A stretch of 64,000 bases of DNA from a virus (IMGVR_UViG_3300014024_000069:123159-187158); one strand, 5' to 3'. Counted from the stretch's first letter, positions 1 through 9,504 are shown. Numbers and translations are program-made. Notes: generated from the letters alone by a model not told the origin.

Positions 1-196
1 GGGAGAATACGCGGAAGTAGCCTGTTGATTCGTCGAGCATCATGGCGGTGGGGTTGCTGCCGCCTGCGATGATGTTGTTGCAGCGCCATGTGTCGCCGTG
101 GCTTTGTTTCAGGCTTTGGGTGTTGGGGTGGGATTCAACATAGTCTTTGATGTTGATGTTCGCCTTGATGAAAGAAAAAAGCGTGTCCTTTGTCAC
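1..196 (-). CDS. dnaG: N-terminus of a DnaG-like DNA primase (partial, runs off the left edge)
   Basis: Not in the ORF track. GTG at 196-194 after a GAAAGGAAA RBS; translates MTKDTLFSFIKANINIKDYVESHPNTQSLKQSHGDTWRCNNIIAGGSNPTAMMLDESTGYFRVFS, which follows the DnaG zinc-binding-domain pattern (IK..IDI.D.I...LK..G....CPFH...TPSF.V....G.F.CF) with several ligands lost. Confidence 0.6.
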   Translation of the reverse strand, partial: MTKDTLFSFIKANINIKDYVESHPNTQSLKQSHGDTWRCNNIIAGGSNPTAMMLDESTGYFRVFS

Positions 197-378
197 GTTT
201 GTTGGTGTTTCCTTTCGTGGTGCCCATTTCCCTTGTTTTTTGGGTGGTGTGTCTATCGTGTTCTTGCTTTTTACGATAGCCTCATTGCGGCGGGTGTGGC
301 AAGGTGACTCGGCAACAGCCGAGGTTTTCTAGGTGGTTGGTGCCGATGGGGGAAATCCCGGCGCGGCGGGCGGCAAGG

Positions 379-1161
379 TTATTTATTTTGCATTTCTGCG
401 AGGCGTTGTCTGAGTTCCGCTTTGAGTGCTGCTTCTTGTTCAATTGCGGTGCGTATTTGTCCTACGACGCGCCTGATTCCGCCTTCTTCTTTGAGGTCTT
501 CATCTGTGCAGCTGAGGACACGCCACCCCATTGATGCCAGTTCGCTGCGTATCCTGCCGTCTTTTTGCACTTTGTCGCGGCGGGTGTCGATGATGTGGTT
601 TTCTAGGTCTTTTGATTCTGCGATGTCGCGGAGTAGTTCTTTGTCGTCTTTGACGCTGTGCCAGTAGGCGCCATCCATGAAGAAAGCAATGCGGTATTCC
701 TCCCAGGTGAAGTCGGGGGTTGTGAGTTCGGTGCCGTCTTCTCTTCTGAATACGTGGTTTCGGTCTGGGAGGGGGGTGATGTTTTGGTTGACCATTTCCG
801 CCCATAGCCATTCTTCTGGTTCTGAGGTGGTTTTCAGGGCTTTGTCGGCTTTGATGTAGGAGTTGGCGATGCGTACCGCGTCTAGGGCTTGGAAGACCCT
901 GCTGAATGCTTCAACGTCGCTGTAGCGGATGTGTTTGATGATCCATTTGTCTTCTTCTAGTTTTTCCGCTTTGTCACCATCTAGGCAGATGCCAAATTTC
1001 ATCGACGGCACGGCTATGGATACATGGGTGTGTTTGTCTGGTTCCCACCCCAGTTCCAGGTCTGCTGGGTTTACCCCCAGTAGTACGAGTGCGTGGAGCA
1101 TGGATTGCACGGGGTGCTGGTCGTTTGGTTGTGGTGGTGGTTGGGTTTTCTTTTTCGCCAT
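379..1161 (-). CDS. Vsr/DUF559-like (very-short-patch-repair fold) endonuclease
   Basis: SEPEEWLW...TPDF...IAFFMDGAYWH...KDGRIRSELASMGWRVL matches the Vsr/DUF559 motif order. Confidence 0.75.
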   Translation of the reverse strand: MAKKKTQPPPQPNDQHPVQSMLHALVLLGVNPADLELGWEPDKHTHVSIAVPSMKFGICLDGDKAEKLEEDKWIIKHIRYSDVEAFSRVFQALDAVRIANSYIKADKALKTTSEPEEWLWAEMVNQNITPLPDRNHVFRREDGTELTTPDFTWEEYRIAFFMDGAYWHSVKDDKELLRDIAESKDLENHIIDTRRDKVQKDGRIRSELASMGWRVLSCTDEDLKEEGGIRRVVGQIRTAIEQEAALKAELRQRLAEMQNK

Positions 1162-1282
1162 GCTTCTTGTTGTCCTGCCCTATTGGGGTGCTCTTATGGT
1201 GTTTCTTTTGTTGTGGTTTGCTGTTGGTGGCGTGGTGCCTGGGTTTTGCCGTGGCACGGGGTGTGCGGCGTGGCGGATGTGA

Positions 1283-2008
1283 CTAGTCTTCAAAGATACT
1301 GTCGTCCCCGTCGTCTGCGAAAATACTTCCATCAGAGTAAGCGTCATCACTGGTGGTGTCAGTGGTGCTGGTGTTCCAGCTTTGGAAGTGTTCACCATGT
1401 GGGGCGCTGCCCACACCGGCGGCGGCGAGGTCGTCACTGTCCCCTGTGCTCGTTGGGGTTGCTGGGGTTCCTGTCGTGGGTGCTGCCTGCGGCGCGACGG
1501 GCCTACCGGTGGTTGGGGTGGTGGACTCATCCCGCACATTGCTTGTCGCCTCGTTGTCTGGTTTCTTGTTGGCGATGATGGTGCAGATTTTCATGATGTG
1601 CGGCGGGATGTCGCTGTAGTCAAGGTTCTGGTAAAACTCAAAGATGCTACCCGCATGGGGGTAGGGGTCCATGCGGCGGATAATGGTGCGCGTCGGCTCG
1701 GGCTGTGAATCAACAAGGGTCTGCAGGATTGTGCGACTATGGTACTCGGTAGCAATGCGCCGCAGTGTTTTCTTAGGGTCAATACCTTCTGCTGACAGTT
1801 TGCTGAATGCTAGTTCTTCACTCCATCCAGGAAGTGCGCCTAAAAGGATGTAGGTTTGGGTTTGCCCCAGTGCTTTATGGCGGTTTTCGTTCTGCACGTA
1901 GGTGAGCAGGTCATCTATGCTGATTTCCTTGTTGATGACCTTGTTGATGTATTCCTTTTTAACCCGGGCTGATTCCCTGCCGAGTTCAGTGTCTTCCCAT
2001 TTGAGCAT
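1283..2008 (-). CDS. mIHF-like (actinobacterial IHF, H2TH) DNA-binding protein with an acidic disordered tail
   Basis: ARVKKEYINKV...ISIDDLL...ALGQTQTYILLGALPGWSEELA..KL...GIDPKKTLRRI parallels mIHF (RRARAELK...LGKMKVSALLEALPKVGKVKA..IM..L.IAP.RRLRGL). Confidence 0.6.
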   Translation of the reverse strand: MLKWEDTELGRESARVKKEYINKVINKEISIDDLLTYVQNENRHKALGQTQTYILLGALPGWSEELAFSKLSAEGIDPKKTLRRIATEYHSRTILQTLVDSQPEPTRTIIRRMDPYPHAGSIFEFYQNLDYSDIPPHIMKICTIIANKKPDNEATSNVRDESTTPTTGRPVAPQAAPTTGTPATPTSTGDSDDLAAAGVGSAPHGEHFQSWNTSTTDTTSDDAYSDGSIFADDGDDSIFED

Positions 2009-2101
2009 GTGATACTAGTCTCCTTCCAAGTGTGGTGTTTTTAGTGTTGATGGTTGCGTGCATCTAGGGTGTTGATAACCTTATGAAGCCTTATGGCGGG
2101 C

Positions 2102-2884
2102 CTATGTGAAACAGCGCTGCAGCATATTTAGGTGCGCCACCAATAGGGGTTTCGTCATCTCCTCTGGCGGCGGTGCCTGATTGATGGTTTTGCAAAACAA
2201 CGCCACATTTGTGACCCTACGTGCCGCTTTCTGGTGGTAAAACCCAGCTTCACCGGTTTTTGACAACGCCAGCACAACCTTATGCAGGAAGTTGCTTAGC
2301 GCTGTCGCCACGGGGATTAACTTGCTGCTGGGCATACCACCAATGATCCCCGCGATCTCTTCCATGCTTCCCGGCGCGGCGGTGTTACTAATGTGGTCAA
2401 GGATGCGTATCACGTAGTCGTGTTCAGGGGCGGGGGTATATGGTTCCGCCACGCCGGTGGCGTTGAGGCATAACGCCGCTGTGAGCAGCATGAGGGGGTC
2501 TTTATACTGCTCTGTTAGGTGAGTGAGGGTGGTTTTGCTGAGTTTCATGCCGAAACCATCAGGAGTGACCAACAGTGCACCCCATTCCTTAATGGTCGCG
2601 GGCGGGTTGATGACGGTGGTGTTGGGGAAAAGGTTTTTCGTCATGTTTGTTGTGACAAGAAGCACTTTTTCCCATTGGCTGGGGTGCCTGGTGATTTCCT
2701 CTAGGTCTTTCTTTGAGCGTCCCTCATGGTCAAGGATGATAAGTACCGGCGGGGCAAACAGACCCGGCGCGGGTATATGTTCGTCTGCGAATACGGTTAC
2801 CCCGCTGGTTGCTTTTTGGGTGGCGTGAATGTTGGGTGTTGCCCACACCAAATCGGGGGTTTGAACAATGGTTAACTGACCCAT
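2102..2884 (-). CDS. Possible diverged DNA polymerase III delta (HolA-like) subunit
   Basis: PGLFAPPVLIILD resembles the HolA SLF...lvvv motif; GMKLSKTTLTHLTEQY.DP resembles the HolA lid region; replisome context. Weak. Confidence 0.4.
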   Translation of the reverse strand: MGQLTIVQTPDLVWATPNIHATQKATSGVTVFADEHIPAPGLFAPPVLIILDHEGRSKKDLEEITRHPSQWEKVLLVTTNMTKNLFPNTTVINPPATIKEWGALLVTPDGFGMKLSKTTLTHLTEQYKDPLMLLTAALCLNATGVAEPYTPAPEHDYVIRILDHISNTAAPGSMEEIAGIIGGMPSSKLIPVATALSNFLHKVVLALSKTGEAGFYHQKAARRVTNVALFCKTINQAPPPEEMTKPLLVAHLNMLQRCFT

Positions 2885-4158
2885 TTTTCACGGTTCTCCC
2901 TAATATGGGCGATACAGCGCCCTGTGAGTTCCCGGATGGTGCGGCGCACACTTCCGTTGACTTTCTCCCACTTGATGTCACCTCTCGTGCGGGACTCTAG
3001 GTAAGGGTCAAACCCCAACAGGAAACCGCCCTGAGTGTTGTCTTTTAGGTATTCCAGCACATCGTCAGATAGTTCCTCATCTTGTGTTTTCTGCACGACG
3101 CAGGCAAATATGGGGGATGTGCCGTTGGTTTCCTTCACGTCTTCCACCTCATCGGCGGCTTCCTGCAGCGTGATGGTTGCAGGCAAAGCAAGCACAATGA
3201 CTTCTGAGTCTTCCAATACCCTGTATTTCGCGGGGTCTTGCTCGGTTGACGCATCACAGTCCGCAATGATGAGGCTGTAAAGCCCACGCATGTTGGCAAG
3301 AATCGCCCCTGTTTCCTGCGCCGTGGGGTGCGCGATACGCAGCTGGACTGGGGAACTATTCGACAGGATGAACTCTCCGCCCATCACACCAACAATGGTG
3401 TATTCACTGGCGGGGATTTGCGCGCCGGGGTTTTTCTTGATGGCGCGCACGAGGTCAATCATGGACACGTTGATGTCGTTTTGTCGGTTATGGCGGGGGG
3501 CTAGCGATACAGTTCTGTTGTCTGCGCCCAGGTCTATCGACACAACAGGGCGGCTTTCGATTCCACGGTTTTCGCTGAGTGCGGCGCTGAGTAGCCGCGT
3601 GATTACTGTTCCACCGGTGCCGATTTTTTGCGACAACACGGTAATCACTGCTGGTATGTCGTTTTCTTTGGGGAAGGGTGTTCGTATTGATTGGAAAACC
3701 TCAATGGAATGCTGGCGGCGTTCCCTTTCGGCTTTCCTTCGTTGCTTTTCCGCCTCAATCAGTTCCTCGTCGTCTTGTTTGCTAAACCAGCCTTTTTTCG
3801 GCAGTTCAAAAGGGGTTCCTTTGGGGGTTATGGGCATGTCCCTGATGTATTTGGGGAGGCGTTTAAGGTAGGCGATTTGTTTTTGTTGCTCCCTGTATCT
3901 GCGGTTTTCTTCCTCCCTCTCCCTCCTGCGGCGCATTCTTGCTTCACGTTTCGCGGCTTCTATGGTTTCTTGTTCGCGCTGCTTTTCCAGGCGTTGTTGT
4001 TCGCGTTTCTTTTCGCGCTGCTCCTCCTCAATTTCCCATGAGGTTTTAATGAGTTGCCCATCCTCGTCGTAGACGGCACCCACGTTTTCCTGGTTGGCTT
4101 CTGGGTATTCCGCCAGGTTTTCTTCCAGCTTTTCTTCATTGTTGGTGTTGGCGCTCAT
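2872..4158 (-). CDS. MinD/ParA-like protein with an N-terminal coiled coil and degenerate Walker A
   Basis: VITVLSQKIGTGGTVITRLLSAAL (cf. KGGVGKTT), VVSIDL, YSLIIADC, FDPYL. Confidence 0.65.
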   Translation of the reverse strand: MSANTNNEEKLEENLAEYPEANQENVGAVYDEDGQLIKTSWEIEEEQREKKREQQRLEKQREQETIEAAKREARMRRRREREEENRRYREQQKQIAYLKRLPKYIRDMPITPKGTPFELPKKGWFSKQDDEELIEAEKQRRKAERERRQHSIEVFQSIRTPFPKENDIPAVITVLSQKIGTGGTVITRLLSAALSENRGIESRPVVSIDLGADNRTVSLAPRHNRQNDINVSMIDLVRAIKKNPGAQIPASEYTIVGVMGGEFILSNSSPVQLRIAHPTAQETGAILANMRGLYSLIIADCDASTEQDPAKYRVLEDSEVIVLALPATITLQEAADEVEDVKETNGTSPIFACVVQKTQDEELSDDVLEYLKDNTQGGFLLGFDPYLESRTRGDIKWEKVNGSVRRTIRELTGRCIAHIRENREKWVS

Positions 4159-4257
4159 CGTTGTTTTTCCTTAAATGTCTCTTTGTTTCCTAATGCGTGT
4201 TTGAGGGGGGCGGAGGTTATGGGGCGCACTTCTTGGCGCAGGTGTGTAACACGGCTT

Positions 4258-5115
4258 TTAGTCTTCCATAAGGTCACTTACCGTTAGATCCCCGCCAGCG
4301 CCCATACTGGTGTCGTGCTCTGGTGGCGCGTCGTGTTGGTCTCCCCTATTGGGTATTGGTAGTGTTTGCGTTGGAGGTGTCATTGTGCTCATTTTTATCA
4401 ATTTCCGCACATCGTCGTACCCGTCGCTGGCGATCTCGTCGTTTTCCCACAGAACCTCCCCATCGGAGTTAACGATGCGGGTCCAGGTAGTTTCATGGTA
4501 TTGGGTGTAGTTGTTGATTTCCTCCACCACGATACGATCCGTGGTTATCGACGTACCCGACTCGTAGAAATCCAGACCGTTTCCCTCGGGAAGGATGGAG
4601 GCCGGCGCCATGTCCGCAACGAACGTGCCTTCTTCCGTGGTATACACCACTAGGGGTTTTGGGCTGGTGATGGGGACGCGGTGCCCCTTTCCTGGGATTA
4701 TCATGTGACCGTCCTGCGCGCGGCACATCATCACATCCTGCACATTGGGGTCTTTTTTCAACTCCTCGACAGCTTGGTAGCATGCGTCATCAATGTGGGC
4801 TTGCGACGTTTCAGCGTCCCCCGTTTTGATGCCTTTGGTAGCGCGGAGTAGCCGCGTCACGGTTTTTCTTCCCAGCCCACCGCTCGACTCTGCAAGCTGT
4901 ACCGCCACATGTGTTTTCGCAGGCGTGAACATCCTGAACGGTCGTGAAAAGAACGTGGCGGCGTTTTTCAACCTGGACCAATAAAAGTCGTTGAAATTAC
5001 TTCCGCGATCCTTCATCCCCGCATGGTGATTGCAATAAGGGTAGGTGGGGTTTTTCAACGCCACCATCTTTTTGCATCCCGGTAGTTTACATTCTCTTGA
5101 CGTTTGTTGTGCCAT
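4258..5115 (-). CDS. Hypothetical protein with an N-terminal C-x4-C...C-x2-H zinc-finger-like motif
   Basis: CKLPGC...YCNHH at the N-terminus; 285 aa ORF in the operon. Confidence 0.6.
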   Translation of the reverse strand: MAQQTSRECKLPGCKKMVALKNPTYPYCNHHAGMKDRGSNFNDFYWSRLKNAATFFSRPFRMFTPAKTHVAVQLAESSGGLGRKTVTRLLRATKGIKTGDAETSQAHIDDACYQAVEELKKDPNVQDVMMCRAQDGHMIIPGKGHRVPITSPKPLVVYTTEEGTFVADMAPASILPEGNGLDFYESGTSITTDRIVVEEINNYTQYHETTWTRIVNSDGEVLWENDEIASDGYDDVRKLIKMSTMTPPTQTLPIPNRGDQHDAPPEHDTSMGAGGDLTVSDLMED

Positions 5116-5124
5116 ACCCCTTAT

Positions 5125-6042
5125 TTATACCCTTTGACTCCCTTGGTTTGCTGCCTGATTCTGTTGTTGCTGTTGGGCGGCGTTGTGCTTGTTCCACAGC
5201 CATGACGACAAGCACCACATGAGCACCAAAAGGCTCACCCCTGTGGTGTCCCCATCGGTGGCGCGGGAGTAGTTATGGTTTTGGTTCATGGATTCACCCA
5301 TGACGTGCGCCACGAAATCATCCCCCAGCTGGAAATGCCCCGCAATGGTTTTTACGGCACCCGCGATAGGCCCCGTGTTGTTTAGCAGGGCTGCGACGAT
5401 GAATTTCTTATCGGAGTCGCTGAGTTGAATAATGGGTACCTCGCGGGTGGCGACACGCTGAATCGCGGGATCCAACACATGATTAGGGTACGGTTTGCCA
5501 TCCGCCTTGCGGGTGAAGTCGATAGCCCATCGTCCCTCGTTTTTGTTTTTGGTTACCTTCTCAATGATCGCGGGCGCACCCAGCGCCGACATCGCATCAT
5601 ACGCCACAGAACGGGCGAGGGCTTGCTGGTAGAACACTGTTCTACTGCGGGAGTTTAGACACAGGAAGTCTGTGTCGATGTGCTGGTTTTCCATATTGTT
5701 TCCCTGCCCGCCTTTTTTCGTGAAGCTTTGGGCAGTAAAGAACAGCCGTGCTTTGGTGCCAAGGTACTTGCCGTCCTGATAGTGGCGGTCAAAGAACCTG
5801 ATGTCAAGCATCTCTTCCGCCCGGAAATGCCTGGTCTGATATTCCTCTTCCTCGCCGTTGCGGTACCGCTGGTTTTTGACCATTTCCTCAACAAAAAGGA
5901 ACTGGCGGTCAAGTGACCACCCCAAGTTAGACACATGCGGGCACACCAGTCCGTACAACAGCTGCACGTCATGGTCTTTGCGCAGTACTTTCGGGATGTA
6001 CTGCGAAAGATCCATCGTGTTATAGAACATTCCCCTTGCCAT
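5125..6042 (-). CDS. Hypothetical protein
   Basis: Start revised to ATG at 6042 (MARGMF) with AGGAGG 6 nt upstream; no family recognised. Confidence 0.65.
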   Translation of the reverse strand: MARGMFYNTMDLSQYIPKVLRKDHDVQLLYGLVCPHVSNLGWSLDRQFLFVEEMVKNQRYRNGEEEEYQTRHFRAEEMLDIRFFDRHYQDGKYLGTKARLFFTAQSFTKKGGQGNNMENQHIDTDFLCLNSRSRTVFYQQALARSVAYDAMSALGAPAIIEKVTKNKNEGRWAIDFTRKADGKPYPNHVLDPAIQRVATREVPIIQLSDSDKKFIVAALLNNTGPIAGAVKTIAGHFQLGDDFVAHVMGESMNQNHNYSRATDGDTTGVSLLVLMWCLSSWLWNKHNAAQQQQQNQAANQGSQRV

Positions 6043-6094
6043 TTTGTACCTCCTAGCTGGTGTTTTGACGATTATTACGATTGTAGCATGAGGG

Positions 6095-7264
6095 TCAGAC
6101 ACGCCCGGCAGAGACCACAAAATAATGAGGTGAGTCCATGTCACCTAAGACAATGGCGAATCGTTTTTTCGCCGTGGGCGACACCGCCAATTCAAGGTTG
6201 CCGTCTTCCGGTGGGGTAAAACCTGAAAACAGGCCCAGCGACTTCTGGTCAACAGTAAACGCCACACCCTCACCATCAGTGTTGTCCACCACCACATCAC
6301 ACGGCATGGTGTCACTAAATGCTTCCCTCCCGTTGTTCTTGCTGCTTACGGTCACCTCGCCACCAATGTGGATAAACACCGTTTTGCTGGAGTCTGATAG
6401 GTTAACCGCGCTTTTCGCCAGGGAAACGAAACGCCGCTTGTTGACCTGGATACGCATGCTGGTTTCCTCAAAGTCATCCGCAAGGATTTTCTTAATGTTG
6501 ACCAGCGAGAACTGGTTAATAGCCTCTTTGGTGGCGTTGATGCCGTGGAAGGAAAACACCGCCCCGTCGGGTTGTGCCATGCAGAGTTTCCTGCCAGCGT
6601 TTTCCGTCCACGCCTCCACAGTTCCGTCTACGATTTTCGTGGCGTTGGTGAGGCTGTTGTAGTCAGCGGCGAACAAGATAGGCGCGCCCCGTGTAGCGCC
6701 ACCAGGGGCGTGTGCCAGTCCTTGCGAAACAGCGTATGCATAGGCTTCCCCTTCCTGCGTGGTGTAGATAAACACCCCTGTTGCCAGCATTCCTTGCGCT
6801 GAACGGTCGGTGTGGCGCGCCACGGCAACCTCGTTTACTGCCGCCCATAGTTGCGCGGTCTCTAGGGTGGTGGTTTCGTCTGGTTTTTCGGTAACCGGTT
6901 CTGGTAGCGCCGCGTGTGAGCCGTATTCCTGTGAAGGGAACGCGAGTTTCCTTCTTCCCTGCTTAACAGTGATCGTCCCGTCATGTTCGGTTAGTGTGGT
7001 TGCCCATGTGTCAGTAAGCGCGCGGGCGGTTTTCTCAAACTCTTTACCAATAACAGTAAATCCGCCTGTCTGGTTGATCGTTGCTGGTATCGGCATGTGT
7101 GCGGTACCAGTATCGCCCTCCGCGTCAACCCATACTTGTGTGCCGTCGTCATAGATGTGAAGCAGCCTGCGGTAGCTTTCTGTAGCGCTTGATGACAGCA
7201 ATAGGCTTGCTTTGCGCACACAATCTACAAAAAGCTTTGGGTTATCGAAAACGTACTCAACCAT
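6095..7264 (-). CDS. dnaN: DNA polymerase III beta sliding clamp-like protein
   Basis: 389 aa with the three-repeat clamp pattern (FVDCVRKA.. / LWAAVNEVAVA.. / VNKRRFVSLAKSA..), GGFTVIGKEFEKTARAL, ITVKQGRRKLAF. Confidence 0.7.
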   Translation of the reverse strand: MVEYVFDNPKLFVDCVRKASLLLSSSATESYRRLLHIYDDGTQVWVDAEGDTGTAHMPIPATINQTGGFTVIGKEFEKTARALTDTWATTLTEHDGTITVKQGRRKLAFPSQEYGSHAALPEPVTEKPDETTTLETAQLWAAVNEVAVARHTDRSAQGMLATGVFIYTTQEGEAYAYAVSQGLAHAPGGATRGAPILFAADYNSLTNATKIVDGTVEAWTENAGRKLCMAQPDGAVFSFHGINATKEAINQFSLVNIKKILADDFEETSMRIQVNKRRFVSLAKSAVNLSDSSKTVFIHIGGEVTVSSKNNGREAFSDTMPCDVVVDNTDGEGVAFTVDQKSLGLFSGFTPPEDGNLELAVSPTAKKRFAIVLGDMDSPHYFVVSAGRV

Positions 7265-7440
7265 AAATAAATCCTTTTAAATATTGCCCGCCCTCGTGCC
7301 AGCAAACAGCGCACAGACAAAAAGAGGGCTATCCAGTAGGGGCGCGGGATTCCCTCACTCATGATAACCCTGACTGCTACTGGCACACAATGACTTCCCG
7401 CGCACCACCCACCCCACCCGCACACTCACCTGGTTTTGGG

Positions 7441-9381
7441 TTAAGAAACACCCTTCCATGCAGAGGGAACTTCCATTGGGTTGACCGCACCGGCGAGCCT
7501 GGAAGTCATGATCACCTGGTCAATATCACCCGAGTTCACACTGTCCTCCAGCACTTTGTTGAACAATACTGCGGCTTCATCATCAACCATGCTCATTGGT
7601 TCGTCGAGAAGCAGGACGCTGAGGCTTTCTGTTGTTTGTAGCGCGGCGCCCAACGCCATTGCGCACGACACGCGGGCCTGCTCGCCGGACGAGAATGTTT
7701 TCACATCACGGGTGAGTGCCCCTTCCCCGTGGACGAAAAACAGCTCAGGTATGATTTTGCTTCCTCTGGTTGTTTCCCGCGTCTCAGGGCGAATGAGAAG
7801 CGAATCCGCACCGATTTTCAGCAGCACGTCATTAGCCGCGTCACACAGGCGCTTTGCTTCCGCATCAATTTTGACGCTAGCGATACCGCCTGGATCGGAT
7901 GCCTGTACCAACACCTCCAGTGCCTGCACTCGCGCATCAAGCTTGGTGTATTCCTCTTCTAGTGTTTCTATGCGGTTGCGCATAATGGCGGCACGTTCAC
8001 GCTCATGCAGATCCTTGGAATGCTGCGCCATGATTTCCGCAATGTTATCTACCTCGCGTCGTGTCTTAATGAGTTCTTCGTTGTTAACCTTGGCAATCTT
8101 GTTGGTGACTTCAACAATGCTTTGCGCAACGGGAAGGCTTGCCGCCTCCTCGTTGATTGCATTAATGCGCTGAACAATGCTTTCAGGTGTGTGTTGCGGC
8201 TGTTCAACAGGTTTTTCTACCAACTGGTCATAGTAGGTTTGGGCGGCGCGGCATTCCGCCTTAAGCTGCGCAATTGCATCAACGCTTAAGCCCAGTCCGT
8301 TGATGCGCTGCAGTTGTGCCTGTGCGTACTGGATGTAGGGCAGGGCCTCCTCCTGGGTGAGTCCCGCGCGACACATGGGGCACTCATCATTAGAAAGATG
8401 AGATAAGCGGTGAATATCGCTGGTGAGGAATTGCGCCTGGTACAGTTCCTCATCCGTTGGTAAGCCTTGTGTTTTCTGCACAAGTGCGTCGAGGTTTGAG
8501 CGGGCCGATTCCAGCTGTTGGGCATAGCTGTTGTAGTTCGCCCATTGCTGTTGTATATCAACCAACTGTGCCTGCAGCTCTTGTGTCTTTTGCCCCAGCT
8601 CGGCGGTTGCTGTGGCTTCTTCCTCCCTCAGTTTTTCCAGTTGCTCATGTAGGTGGCGCTTTTTGTCGTTGTCTTCCAGCTCTAGTTTTTGCGCTTTTGC
8701 CCGCGCGGCCCGCAGATCCTCATCATTAAAGGGGCAGTCCAACGTGTCCCCGAGGTGCGGGAGTGCTGCAAACTCCGCCTCGACGTGACGCAATTCGCTT
8801 TCTTTTTCTTTCAGTGTGCGTTTAGCTTCACGCCGCGCGGCGACCGCGCGTTTATGGACTTTCGCCCATTCCTCACCGTTCGGCAACAGCGCCGAAATGA
8901 CAGCACGCCGATCAGCCGGGCTTGCCTTCATGATGGAGTCAATCTTGCCGGTGCCGTGCTGGTCAATGACAGACAAGGCAAGAAACACCGACGGATCTAC
9001 GTCAAGAATCCGCCAGATTTCCTTCTGTGCTGCAGTAATTGAGGTTTTCTTAAACCTTCCGCGCTTCACAGTGAGTGTATGGTTGCCGCCACGGTCGGTG
9101 TCGGCATATACGCGATGAATCGTAACCTCATCGCCTTCATTATCCACCAGCTCTAATGTCACATCAGCCTGGTAGCAGGCTTTGTTCACCACAGAACCCA
9201 TGTCCCCCGCCACGCGGGAAGACTCCTTGCCGAAAAGCGCCCACATGATGGCGTGCAGGACACTGGTCTTCCCGCTGCCGTTCTTGCCAACAATGGTGGT
9301 GAACTTGTTGTCGAATGTGAACGTAGTGGGCACTTCTGGGAAACTACCGAAACCGGCGATGGTTACGCTTTTAAAGAACAC
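7441..9381 (-). CDS. sbcC: SbcC/Rad50-type SMC ATPase
   Basis: Walker A GKNGSGKTS, central CPMC zinc hook within a coiled coil, signature FSSGEQ, Walker B LLLDEP. Start revised to GTG 9381 after an AAGGAG RBS. Confidence 0.85.
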   Translation of the reverse strand: MFFKSVTIAGFGSFPEVPTTFTFDNKFTTIVGKNGSGKTSVLHAIMWALFGKESSRVAGDMGSVVNKACYQADVTLELVDNEGDEVTIHRVYADTDRGGNHTLTVKRGRFKKTSITAAQKEIWRILDVDPSVFLALSVIDQHGTGKIDSIMKASPADRRAVISALLPNGEEWAKVHKRAVAARREAKRTLKEKESELRHVEAEFAALPHLGDTLDCPFNDEDLRAARAKAQKLELEDNDKKRHLHEQLEKLREEEATATAELGQKTQELQAQLVDIQQQWANYNSYAQQLESARSNLDALVQKTQGLPTDEELYQAQFLTSDIHRLSHLSNDECPMCRAGLTQEEALPYIQYAQAQLQRINGLGLSVDAIAQLKAECRAAQTYYDQLVEKPVEQPQHTPESIVQRINAINEEAASLPVAQSIVEVTNKIAKVNNEELIKTRREVDNIAEIMAQHSKDLHERERAAIMRNRIETLEEEYTKLDARVQALEVLVQASDPGGIASVKIDAEAKRLCDAANDVLLKIGADSLLIRPETRETTRGSKIIPELFFVHGEGALTRDVKTFSSGEQARVSCAMALGAALQTTESLSVLLLDEPMSMVDDEAAVLFNKVLEDSVNSGDIDQVIMTSRLAGAVNPMEVPSAWKGVS

Positions 9382-9415
9382 ATTTAGCTCCTTGCTGAAA
9401 AATTGTTTACGACAT

Positions 9416-9470
9416 AAAAACACCCCCGCACAGTCCCCATTTCGCTATGATCTTTGGGGTTGCGGGGGCG
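9416..9470 (-). terminator. Intrinsic terminator-like hairpin after ssb
   Basis: CCCCCGCA (9423-9430)/TGCGGGGG (9461-9468) plus an inner CCCCA/TGGGG stem; U-tract on the minus strand. Confidence 0.55.
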
Positions 9471-9504
9471 GAAAGAGAAACCCACAAACAGGGGCGCTGC
9501 TCCT

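Noticed and set aside
4258..5115. Papain/transglutaminase-like catalytic triad (CYQA...FVAD)
   Set aside because: No His in the expected strand; the resemblance is too weak to call.
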